Shown here: piece by piece, positions 1 to 12,498 of the stretch
How the letters are laid out: every line of letters starts with the position of its first letter
Numbering within the stretch: position 1 is the stretch's first letter
Assembly: GCA_964354895.1 (NCBI GenBank)
Contig: CAYHCR010000001.1
Span: forward strand, 1-37,013
From: an uncultured Myxococcales bacterium
Lineage (GTDB): Bacteria; Myxococcota; Myxococcia; Myxococcales; Vulgatibacteraceae
Reading direction: 5' to 3'
DNA length: 37,013 bases
Translations under genes and position numbers: made by a program
Notes under the pieces: generated by a model
The model's database searches: none
What the model was told of the DNA's origin: nothing
The model's input: the letters and a program-made list of their open reading frames with translations, nothing else

Positions 1-669
1 AAGGTCCCGGCCGGCTACGAGCTCATCGCCGTGCACGCGGGCAAGACGCAGCCGGTCCACGACAAGATCGTCGCGAAGACCTACGAGCAGTACGCGGTGA
101 AGGTGCAGGGCCAGAGCGACATCCTCATCCACGGCATCCCGTTCATCACGCCCTACAACGTCAACAGCAAGCACCTCAACCCGCTGCTCGTGCAGGTGAT
201 GGGGCTGGGGTATCTGTTCAACCTGTATCGGGGCCGGCCGCTCGTGAAGAAGGGCGGCGTGCTGATCCTGACGCACCCGCTGACGGACGCGTGGGACATG
301 GATCACCACCCGAGTTATCCCGAATTCTTCCACCGGTGCCTCACCGAGACGACCGACTCGCTCGTGCTCGAGAAGAAGTACGAGGAGGAATTCGCGCACA
401 ACCCGGCCTACATCGAGATGTATCGGCGCGGGAACGCCTTCCACGGCGTCCACCCGTTCTACATGTGGTACTGGGGCGAGAACGGTCGCCAGCACGTCGG
501 CAAGGTCATCGTCGTCGGCTCCGACAACGCGCACGTGCCCAAGGTGATGGGCTGGGAGCGCGCGAGCACGCTGGCGGAGGCGATCGCCATGGCCCGCTCC
601 GAGATGGGGCGCACCGCCTCGATCACGATGGTCCACAACGCGCCGGTCGTCCTCGCGGACGTGGAGTGA
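1..669 (+). CDS. LarA-like (lactate racemase / DUF2088 family) protein, C-terminal part; 5' end lies outside the window
   Basis: The frame is open from base 1 ([17 protein letters not shown]...) with G/C-rich third positions. The pattern [10 protein letters not shown]...[21 protein letters not shown] resembles the C-terminal half of LarA-family proteins. TGA stop at 667-669. The family call rests on remembered pattern only. Confidence 0.5.
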   Translation, partial: KVPAGYELIAVHAGKTQPVHDKIVAKTYEQYAVKVQGQSDILIHGIPFITPYNVNSKHLNPLLVQVMGLGYLFNLYRGRPLVKKGGVLILTHPLTDAWDMDHHPSYPEFFHRCLTETTDSLVLEKKYEEEFAHNPAYIEMYRRGNAFHGVHPFYMWYWGENGRQHVGKVIVVGSDNAHVPKVMGWERASTLAEAIAMARSEMGRTASITMVHNAPVVLADVE

Positions 670-674
670 CACCC

Positions 675-5341
<4,667 letters not shown>

Positions 5342-5345
<4 letters not shown>

Positions 5346-6487
5346 AGAAGGTCCTCGTCACCGGCGGGACGGGCTTCCTCGGCCGCCACCTCGTCGAGCT
5401 GCTGCTCAAGCGCGGCGAGCAGGTCCGCGTGCTGACGCGCGCGGCGGCGGCGCCCGAGCTCGAGGGGCTCGACGTCGAGTCGATCGAGGGCAGCGTCCTC
5501 TCCCGGGCCGTGGTCGATCGGGCCGTAAAGGATTGCGACGTCGTCTACCATTGCGCCGGGCTCGTCTCCCGCGATCCCGACGCGCTGACGCGGATGATGC
5601 GGCTGCACGTCGAGGGCACGCGCAACGTCCTGCAGGCCGCGGAGGGAGCGAAGGTCCGGCGCGTGGTCGTGGTGAGCACGAGCGGCACGATCGCGGTCAG
5701 CCGGGATCCCGAGGAGCTCTCGACCGAGGCGAGCCCCTACCGCTACGAGCTCGTGCGCGGCTGGCCGTATTACCTCTCGAAGATCTACGAGGAGAAGCAG
5801 GCGCTGTTCGAGGCGGCGTCGATGAAGACCGACGTCGTGATCGTCAACCCGTCGCTGCTGCTCGGGCCCGGTGACTCGCGGCTCTCGTCGACCGGCGACG
5901 TGCTCAAGTTCCTCAAACGCGAGATCCCCGCCACCCCGTCGGGCGGCCTGAACTTCGTGGATGCGCGCGACGCCGCGGCCGGATGCATCCTCGCGGCCGA
6001 GAAGGGCAGACGCGGCGAGCGCTATCTTCTGGGCGGGCCGAACTGGGACTTCGCCGAGTTCTTCTCTCGCCTGGCACGTGTCTCGGACGTGCGTGCGCCG
6101 ACCGCGGCCGTGCCCGATCGGGCGGCGCGCTTCTCCGCGCGGCTCGTGGAGCTGCTGCACAAGGCGCGAAAGGCGGACGGCCTGCCGCCGGTCGATCCGG
6201 TCGGCGTGGAGATGAGCCAGCACGTCTGGTACCTCGATGCGTCCAAGGCGCGCGCGGAGCTCGGCTGGGAGCCGCGCGACCCCATGGAGACGCTCGACGA
6301 CACCGTCGCGTGGCTGCGGGAGAAGCACCTCGGCGGCGACCCGCCGACGCCCAAGGCGCCCTCGTTCCTCGAGACGCTCGTGACCACGCTCGGCGAGCCG
6401 GAGAGGCCCGCGAAGGCCACGCCCCGGCCGCTCTCGAAGGCCAAAAAGAAGCCGGCACCGGTCCGCAAGGGCGCCGCACGACGCTGA
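5342..6487 (+). CDS. NAD-dependent epimerase/dehydratase-family SDR (381 aa) with a Lys/Pro-rich C-terminal tail
   Basis: GTG start overlaps the elbD-like stop (GTGA) and AAGGAG lies 6 nt upstream. N-terminal VLVTGGTGFLGRHLV Rossmann motif and a YYLSK (YxxxK) catalytic motif. Confidence 0.8.
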
Positions 6488-6502
6488 CACGCCGAGGCGG
6501 GG

Positions 6503-7435
6503 TTATCGAGCCGCGGTCCTCTTCACGCGCGCGGCGAAGGCGCGCTGCAGCTCTTCGCCGATCGCCTGGAGCGCGGGCTCGCGCGCCGAGCTGCGTCGCC
6601 AGCAGAGCGCGATCGTCCGCGACGGGGCGGGCGCCGTGAAGGGGCGCACCACGAGCGATTGCCGGCGGTTCTCGACCTCCAGCGCCAGGGTCGGCAACAG
6701 CGTCGCGCCGGCGCCGCCTGCGACCATCTGCACGAGCGTCGGCAGGCTCGTCGCGCGGTAGCCGAGCTCGTGGGCGCCGCGGCGACTGCAGACCTCGAGC
6801 GCGTGATCGCGCAGACAGTGGCCGTCGTCGAGGAGCAGCACGTCCTGGCCGTCGAGCTCGTCGAGCCGCAGGGGCCGACGGGAGCCCGCGAGCGGGTGGC
6901 CCTCCGCCGCCGCAAACACGAACGCGTCCTCGCCGAGCGAGACCCCCGGGAGCTCCGCGAGCTCCGTGGTGCGGGCGAGGATCGCGCCGTCGAGCGCGCC
7001 CGCCGCCATCCGCTCGAGCAGCGTCGCGGTCTTCTCCTCCTGCCAGTGGAACGTCAGCTTCGGGAAGCACTGCCGCAGGCGCGGCGCGAGCTCCGGCAGC
7101 AGGTAGGGGCCGATCGTCGGGATCACGCCGAGCCGCAGCACGCCCGCGAGCGGATCGCCGAGCGTGCCGGCCTGGTCGATCAGCGCGTCGGCCTGCACGA
7201 GCAGCGCGCGCGCCATCGAGACGAAGCGCTCGCCCGCCGCCGTGCACCGCACGCCGCGCGGATCGCGCTCGAAGAGCCGCGCGCCGATCACCTCCTCCAC
7301 CTGCGCGAGCTGCGCGGAGAGCGAGGGCTGCGAGACGCGGCAGGCCTCGGCCGCCTTTCGGAAGCTCTGCCGGTCCGCCACGGCGACCACGTACTGCAGC
7401 TGGCGGAGCGTCACCGGGTGGGGCGAGAGGCGCAT
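6503..7435 (-). CDS. oxyR: LysR-family redox-sensing transcriptional regulator OxyR
   Basis: N-terminal HTH (FRKAAEACRVSQPSLSAQL). The stretch DDGHCLRDHALEVC...YRATSLPTLVQMVAGGAGATLLP aligns with the E. coli OxyR region carrying the redox pair C199/C208. An alternative GTG start at 7414 is possible. Confidence 0.85.
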   Translation of the reverse strand: MRLSPHPVTLRQLQYVVAVADRQSFRKAAEACRVSQPSLSAQLAQVEEVIGARLFERDPRGVRCTAAGERFVSMARALLVQADALIDQAGTLGDPLAGVLRLGVIPTIGPYLLPELAPRLRQCFPKLTFHWQEEKTATLLERMAAGALDGAILARTTELAELPGVSLGEDAFVFAAAEGHPLAGSRRPLRLDELDGQDVLLLDDGHCLRDHALEVCSRRGAHELGYRATSLPTLVQMVAGGAGATLLPTLALEVENRRQSLVVRPFTAPAPSRTIALCWRRSSAREPALQAIGEELQRAFAARVKRTAAR

Positions 7436-7436
7436 G

Positions 7437-7451
7437 ATAGGCGCGTCCTAT
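7437..7451. promoter_or_regulatory. ATAG-N7-CTAT inverted repeat (LysR/OxyR-type T-N11-A box) abutting the oxyR start codon
   Basis: The sequence gATAGGCGCGTCCTATc has perfect GATAGG/CCTATC arms. It matches the OxyR half-site pattern ATAG-N7-CTAT and lies 1 nt from the ATG at 7435. Confidence 0.35.
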
Positions 7452-7470
7452 CACCCTCGCGGTCGCCCGG

Positions 7471-7513
7471 AAAAGACGACGGCCCCGCCCGGCCGAAGCC
7501 AGACGGGGCCGCC
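7471..7513 (-). terminator. Rho-independent terminator downstream of the octahaem cytochrome gene
   Basis: On the minus strand there is a 16-bp stem (including 3 G-U pairs that exist only in the minus-strand RNA) closed by a UUCG tetraloop. It is followed by GUCUUUUCC and sits 22 nt after the stop at 7535. Confidence 0.6.
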
Positions 7514-7534
7514 GTGTGCGCGAGCTTCGTTGCG

Positions 7535-9499
7535 TCAGTGGAACGTCACGCCCGTGTAGGCGGTGGCGTTGCCGTCGCCGTCGGAGTCGACGCTCATGCC
7601 GACGCCGGCCGGGTAGAGATCGAACTCCTCGTTCATGCTCCCCGGCGTCCAGTAGACGCCCTGGTACGGCACGTCCGGGACGGTCGCGAGGTTGTTCTCG
7701 ATCGCGTACTCGAGCGCCGCGTCCTGGCGCAGCTGGTACGCCTCCGCCGCGATGTCCGCGAAGCCCAGGTTCGACTCCGCCCAGCCGTACCAGTGCGCGT
7801 AGTCCGGGTTCATGTGGTACGCGCCGTGCCACGTCTTCACGAAGTCATACTTGTAGAGCTTGAAGTAGAGCCGCTCCGCCTCCGAGAGGTTGCGGTAGAT
7901 CATCGGGCCGCCGAGCACGAGCGTGCCGGGCGCGGCGTCGGGGTTGTTCGGGCGACCCATCGCCGAGCCCGGCGTCGGCGGCCGCAGCAGGCCGTCGAAG
8001 TAGAGCGCCTTGAGGATGTCTGCGGCCTCGTCGACGACCACGTGGACGTTCTCGTGCATGCCGTCGGCGATCTCCAGCCGCTCCGCCGCGTTGTTGCGGG
8101 CGTGGCAGCCGGTGCAGACATCGAGCATCTCCTCGCGCCGCGCCGTGAGCACGTTTGCGGGATCCACCACCTGCACGATCGTGCCGTCGCGATCGTCGGG
8201 GAAGGCGGAGTCGGCGAGGCCGTCGGCGCCGGCCATGTCGAAGGGTGCGGCGGGATCCCAGGCGGGGTTCTCCTCGATCGCCGTGCCATTCATCACGTAG
8301 GGCAGCTCGCCGCCGCGGCGGAAGCTGCGGTGGGAGGGCATGCCGCCCACCGGTCCATACGCGATGCCGTACGAGAGATCGTGGTCGGTGTAGGGCCGGC
8401 CGTTCACGTCGACGCCCTTCTTCGGCATGTGGCAGTCGCTGCAGGTGGGCGCGCGGCCGCGGCCTTCCGTCTCGTAGACCACGCCGTGCTTGCTGGTCGT
8501 GTAGATCTCGTACTGCGAGTGATCCGGGCCCATGTGGCAGGTGCCGCAGGCGAGCGGCTCCTGCGCCTGCTTTGCGTCGAAGAGGTGGCGGCTGTGGCAG
8601 GAGTCGCACTTGTCCTCGACGTTGTGACAGTTCGAGCAGGTCGCGACGCCGCCCGAATAGATGTCTCCGTTCGCCGTACAGGGCGGCAGGTCGTCGAACC
8701 GGCCGGCCTCGAACATCCGCTGCCAGCCGATGGAGTGGCGGTTCGCCTGGTGGCCGCGGTACTGCGCCGGGTGGCACGTCGCGCAGGTCGCAGGCGACGG
8801 CATCGGGTTGTGGTTCGGCGCGCCGGCGACGTCCGTGCCGTGGCACTCCTGGCACGAGACCTCCTCCGCCATCTTGCTCGCCTTGTAGTCGGCGACGACG
8901 CCGTCGGTCATGAGCGCGTGGCAACCGATGCAGAGATCGGACTCGGCCTTCCACGAGCCGAGCGCGAGCGCGACGTCGACCACGCCGTTGGCGACGACCG
9001 AGACGTGCAGGGTGGCAGGCGCATACATTCCGTTTCCGGCGTTCACCTCGTACGTGCCGATCGGGAGCGTGAAGGAGAACGAGCCGTCGATCGCCGTGAC
9101 CACTTCCGCGGCCTCGGCCGGGAGGATCGAGACCGTCGCGCCGCCGACCGTCGTGCCGCCGGCCGTCTCGGTGACGACGCCGCGCAGGGTGCCGTGCCAG
9201 AGGCCGTCCGCGCCGGGCCCGCCGTCCTGGCCGTCGAGGCCGGGCGCGCCGTCAGCGCCGGGGGCGCCATCGACGCCGGGGGCGCCGTCAACGCCGGGGA
9301 CGCCGTCCTCCCCGTCGACACCATCCACACCATCGACACCATCCGCACCGTTCGCGCCATCCGCGCCGGGGAGACCGACGCCGCCCGCGGGGCCCTGCGA
9401 CCCGTCCGCGCCCGCCGCACCGTCTTCGCCTCCGCACGCGACCAGTACGATCGCCAAGCATCCGCTCAAGATTCCGCCGAGGACTCTGCTCCGCGCCAT
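7535..9499 (-). CDS. Lipoprotein: collagen-like G-X-Y stalk + CarboxypepD_reg-like beta-sandwich + octahaem c-type cytochrome of the hydroxylamine oxidoreductase (HAO)-like type (654 aa)
   Basis: AGGAGG lies 5 nt upstream of the ATG at 9499. Signal peptide with lipobox LVAC (Cys22). 25 uninterrupted G-X-Y triplets. Eight CxxCH motifs (CIGCH, CQECH, CATCH, CSNCH, CDSCH, CGTCH, CSDCH, CTGCH) followed by a long helical C-terminal region. Confidence 0.85.
   Translation of the reverse strand: MARSRVLGGILSGCLAIVLVACGGEDGAAGADGSQGPAGGVGLPGADGANGADGVDGVDGVDGEDGVPGVDGAPGVDGAPGADGAPGLDGQDGGPGADGLWHGTLRGVVTETAGGTTVGGATVSILPAEAAEVVTAIDGSFSFTLPIGTYEVNAGNGMYAPATLHVSVVANGVVDVALALGSWKAESDLCIGCHALMTDGVVADYKASKMAEEVSCQECHGTDVAGAPNHNPMPSPATCATCHPAQYRGHQANRHSIGWQRMFEAGRFDDLPPCTANGDIYSGGVATCSNCHNVEDKCDSCHSRHLFDAKQAQEPLACGTCHMGPDHSQYEIYTTSKHGVVYETEGRGRAPTCSDCHMPKKGVDVNGRPYTDHDLSYGIAYGPVGGMPSHRSFRRGGELPYVMNGTAIEENPAWDPAAPFDMAGADGLADSAFPDDRDGTIVQVVDPANVLTARREEMLDVCTGCHARNNAAERLEIADGMHENVHVVVDEAADILKALYFDGLLRPPTPGSAMGRPNNPDAAPGTLVLGGPMIYRNLSEAERLYFKLYKYDFVKTWHGAYHMNPDYAHWYGWAESNLGFADIAAEAYQLRQDAALEYAIENNLATVPDVPYQGVYWTPGSMNEEFDLYPAGVGMSVDSDGDGNATAYTGVTFH
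9206..9430 (-). repeat. Collagen-like triple-helix repeat coding tract (25 x G-X-Y, Asp-rich)
   Basis: The translation reads GED GAA GAD GSQ GPA GGV GLP GAD GAN GAD GVD GVD GVD GED GVP GVD GAP GVD GAP GAD GAP GLD GQD GGP GAD. The underlying DNA contains 9-nt periodic repeats. Confidence 0.8.
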
Positions 9500-9724
9500 G
9501 GGGCCTCCTGCACGAGGCGATCGACGCCTCCTGCTCCGTTCTGGCGTCGGCGTACGCCTCCGGCGGAGGGGCGCACATGACAGCCGTCAGGTCCGCTGAT
9601 CGGTGTCGGTGGGTCTCCGAAGGGGCGAATTGCCTCAGATCCTCGCGCGATTGCGGACGAGGCAAGCCGCCCTCCCGCGCGCGCGGGGGCTTGGTCGCTT
9701 GACGTCGCCCGCGGGTGCAGCGCC

Positions 9725-10117
9725 GTGGACGGGGCGCGATGCGTGCGCGATGCTGGCGCCGTGCGACGCCTTGCCCTGCCCCTCCTGCTGCTCTCCGCCG
9801 GCTGCTTCCCCGAGCGGCCGCCGATCTCGCTGTTCGGCGAGCTCTGCGGCAACGGCCTCGACGATGACGCCGACGACCTCGTCGACTGCGCAGATCCGGA
9901 CTGCGCCGCAGCGTGTGACGGCGTGACCGGGGCGATCGAGAGCGACTGCAGCGACGGCGCGGACGACGACGACGACGGCCTCGAGGACTGCGAGGACCCC
10001 GACTGCGCCTCGCAGTGCGACGACGTCGAACGCGACTGCGAGGACGGCGTCGACGACGACGGCGATGGCGCGGTCGACTGTGCCGACGACGACTGCAGCG
10101 GCGAGACGGGTTGCTGA
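9725..10117 (+). CDS. Small secreted lipoprotein made of three Asp-rich four-Cys repeats (putative Ca2+-binding module)
   Basis: Lipoprotein signal RRLALPLLLLSAGC. In-frame GTG starts at 9725, 9743 and 9761, with the later ones giving a more typical signal peptide length. Three repeats follow the pattern C-x-[DN]-G-x-D-D-D-x-D-x-x-x-D-C-x-D-x-D-C-x3-C. Confidence 0.6.
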   Translation: MDGARCVRDAGAVRRLALPLLLLSAGCFPERPPISLFGELCGNGLDDDADDLVDCADPDCAAACDGVTGAIESDCSDGADDDDDGLEDCEDPDCASQCDDVERDCEDGVDDDGDGAVDCADDDCSGETGC

Positions 10118-10134
10118 GCGCGCGGCCCGCCCGG

Positions 10135-11469
10135 CTACGAGCGCGGCCCTCGGTGTGGCGGACGGGGCGTGCCGGGTGGTCGCGGTGGCGACGCGGGCCG
10201 TGGCACGGAGCGGACCTCGACGGCCGGCCGGGACGTCGGCGCCCGCGAGGCATTGGGCGGTGGCGCGGACGGACGAGGCTCCCGTGGCGGACGACCGCCG
10301 CCGTTCTGCCGGCCTGCTCCGTGCCCTGCCGGACGCTGGCCTCCACCACCCTGCGGACGTGCGCCCCGGCGCTCGGCCGGCGGAGCACTCGGCGGACGTG
10401 CGCCCCGACCCCCGGCCGGCGCACCGCCCTGCGGCCGCGCGGCCCGGCTCTCCACCGGCGCACCGCCCTGCGGCCGCGCGCCCGGCTGCGGTCGCCGATC
10501 TCCCTCGTGCGATCGCGGCCCACCCGCGTGCGACCTCGCGCCCGGAGCGGCCGGCGCTGCCCCGGCTCCTGGCCGGTGACCCGCGCCTCCGTGAGGCCTG
10601 TGACCGGAAGGCGCTCGCCCCTCCGCGGCTGGCTGGGACCTGCCTCCCCCGGGATGGGGCCGGCCCCCGCCCGGCGAGGCTCTCGGCGCGGCCTGCGGCG
10701 CCCGCGGCGGCGGTGCGATCGGCGCCGGCCGGCCGCTGGGCACGAAGTCCGCCGTCAGCTCACGCCGAACGTAGGCGCGCCAGATCTCCCCGGTGTCTCC
10801 CGTCCGCGCCTTCACGGCCGGATCGAAGCCACCGAAGAACCCACGCAGGTTCTCCAGATCGCGCTCGAAGTACTGCTCGGACTGGCTGTTCTTGGCCGCC
10901 GCGATCGTCTGCGGGAAGTCGATGATCACCGGCCCCGTCGGCCCGATCAGCACGTTGTACGGCGAGAGATCTCCGTGGATCAGATCCGCCATGAGCATCT
11001 TCACGGCCTCGCCACGCAGAAACTCATACAGCGGCCCGGCGTTCTCCGCCGTGATCTCCGCGTCGATCAGCCGGGGCGCCGGGTGGCCGTCTTCGGCCAG
11101 CACGAGCTCCATCAGGAGCACGCCCTCGAAGAAGAGCACGGGCTTCGGGACACAGACGCCAGCGGCGTGCAGCGTGAAGAGCGCGTCGGCCTCGGCGCTC
11201 TTCCACGCCTCCTCGGCGGAGGCCCGGCCGAACTTGCTGCCCTTGTCCATCGCGCGCTGCGTGCGCGAATTGCGGACCGTACGCCCCTCCTTGTAGCCGG
11301 CGTCGTTCTTGAAGCTGCGGAACTCCCGCTGCTTGTAGATCTTGGCCGCGACGAGCACGCCGCCATGGCGGACGAGCCAGACGTCGGCCTCCTTGCCGCT
11401 CTTGAGCCGGCCTACCACCTCGTCGACGACGCCCTCCTCCTGCAGCATCGCGAGCGGATCGTGCTTCAT
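10135..11469 (-). CDS. RIO-type serine protein kinase with ~200-aa Pro/Gly/Arg-rich C-terminal tail (444 aa)
   Basis: ATG at 11469 with GGGGAG upstream. RIO motifs: SGKEADVW (nucleotide loop), AAKIYK Lys, IHGDLSPYNVL catalytic loop, IIDFPQ metal loop. The tail (about 10135-10745) is low complexity with internal repeats (ARPQGGAP). Confidence 0.75.
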   Translation of the reverse strand: MKHDPLAMLQEEGVVDEVVGRLKSGKEADVWLVRHGGVLVAAKIYKQREFRSFKNDAGYKEGRTVRNSRTQRAMDKGSKFGRASAEEAWKSAEADALFTLHAAGVCVPKPVLFFEGVLLMELVLAEDGHPAPRLIDAEITAENAGPLYEFLRGEAVKMLMADLIHGDLSPYNVLIGPTGPVIIDFPQTIAAAKNSQSEQYFERDLENLRGFFGGFDPAVKARTGDTGEIWRAYVRRELTADFVPSGRPAPIAPPPRAPQAAPRASPGGGRPHPGGGRSQPAAEGRAPSGHRPHGGAGHRPGAGAAPAAPGARSHAGGPRSHEGDRRPQPGARPQGGAPVESRAARPQGGAPAGGRGARPPSAPPAERRGARPQGGGGQRPAGHGAGRQNGGGRPPREPRPSAPPPNASRAPTSRPAVEVRSVPRPASPPRPPGTPRPPHRGPRS

Positions 11470-11491
11470 GTTCTCCCCGCCGGGCAGCGGC

Positions 11492-12334
11492 TCACGCCCC
11501 GCCGGTCGCGACCGCGCGCGACGCATCGCGCGACCAGTCGGAGAAACTTCCCTCATACAGCTTTGCGTCGGTTCGCCCCAGCCGCGCGAGCGCGAGCAGC
11601 GTGTGACACGCCGTCACGCCCGAGCCGCACGAGGCGATCGCCGCGCGGCCTTCGGACAGTCCTGCTGCTGCATAACGTTCCGCGAGCGCCGGCGCCGGCA
11701 GGAACCGCCCGTCCGCCCCGAGGTGCTCCGTCGTCGGCACGTTCACGGCGCCCGGCACGTGGCCCGCCCGCGGATCGACCGGCTCGACCTCGCCGCGGTA
11801 CCGCGCCGCCACGCGCGCGTCCGACAGGAACGCGCCCGTCGCGACCGCCGCCGCGACGCCGGCCGCGTCGATCACGGCGCCGCGATCCAGCCGGAGCGTG
11901 CGATCTGCGCGTCCCACGTCCGCTGGCACGACGCGATCGAGCGCGCCGCCGGCCGCGAGGAAGCTCTGCAGACCGCCATCGAGGACGAAGCAACGCGCGT
12001 GGCCGGCGCGCGTCAGCAGCCACCACAGCCGGGCCGCGATCGCTCCACCCGCGTCGTCATATGCGACGACGTCGCTCTCGATTCCGATCCCGAGCCGCGC
12101 CGCGAGCGCCTGCAGCTGCGCGTCCGTGGGCAGCGGATGGCGCCCCGGACCGCGGGCCTTGTCCCCCGAGAGCTCCGCGTCGAGATCGACGAAGAAGGCG
12201 CCCGGCACGTGGCCCGCCAGGTATTCGTCCCGGCCGATCCGACCCTGGAGGTACCAGCGCACGTCGCACACGACGAGGCCGGGCCGGCCGCGACGAGCGG
12301 CGAGCCAGGCTGAATCGACGAGCGGATCGGTCAC
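11492..12334 (-). CDS. sseA: 3-mercaptopyruvate sulfurtransferase (tandem rhodanese domains)
   Basis: GTG at 12334 with GGAGG 4 nt upstream. The N-terminus LVDSAWLA aligns with the start of E. coli SseA. Active-site loop SCGSGVTA (CG[ST]GVT type). 280 aa, typical for the family. The track's extension to 12520 was rejected. Confidence 0.85.
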   Translation of the reverse strand: MTDPLVDSAWLAARRGRPGLVVCDVRWYLQGRIGRDEYLAGHVPGAFFVDLDAELSGDKARGPGRHPLPTDAQLQALAARLGIGIESDVVAYDDAGGAIAARLWWLLTRAGHARCFVLDGGLQSFLAAGGALDRVVPADVGRADRTLRLDRGAVIDAAGVAAAVATGAFLSDARVAARYRGEVEPVDPRAGHVPGAVNVPTTEHLGADGRFLPAPALAERYAAAGLSEGRAAIASCGSGVTACHTLLALARLGRTDAKLYEGSFSDWSRDASRAVATGGA

Positions 12335-12369
12335 CGGGCCTCCGAGCGGACCAGCCGGCGGGTGCAGCA

Positions 12370-12498
12370 CTACTTGTTGCGAGTCCCGCGGCGCAGGCTC
12401 TTGTTGCGGCGAACGCGCTTGCGCTTGACCTGATCGCGGCGGACTTTGCTGCGGTTCTTCACGGAACGCTTCGTACGGTTGCTGAGCTTCGCGGCCAT
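12370..12498 (-). CDS. Untracked small ORF: 42-aa highly basic (Arg/Lys-rich) protein, ribosomal-protein-like composition
   Basis: ATG at 12498 is preceded by AGGAG with a 6-nt spacer. Translation: MAAKLSNRTKRSVKNRSKVRRDQVKRKRVRRNKSLRRGTRNK, TAG stop at 12370-12372. Codons are mostly G/C-ending (AAG, AAC, CGC). It lies 35 nt upstream of sseA, in a different frame from the spurious N-terminal extension of the 342-aa track ORF. Confidence 0.6.
   Translation of the reverse strand: MAAKLSNRTKRSVKNRSKVRRDQVKRKRVRRNKSLRRGTRNK

Noticed and set aside
291-674. N-terminal extension of the 1684-aa track ORF
   Set aside because: It overlaps the well-formed LarA-like CDS in another frame and reads as Arg/Pro-rich nonsense. 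An ATG at 675 with an SD gives a natural N-terminus just ahead of the Rossmann motif.
9206-9430. Short-period DNA repeats here, at 15389-15541 and at 27030-27110, considered as a possible CRISPR or non-coding satellite
   Set aside because: All lie inside well-supported CDSs and are in-frame coding repeats (collagen G-X-Y, GGNATGGS linker, Gly/Ala linker). There is no repeat-spacer architecture and no cas genes.
5913-9580. ORFs 5913..7832 (-, 639 aa) and 6659..9580 (+, 973 aa)
   Set aside because: Both are extreme Arg/Ala/Gly/Pro compositions spanning several real genes (SDR, oxyR, cytochrome) in the wrong frame or strand.
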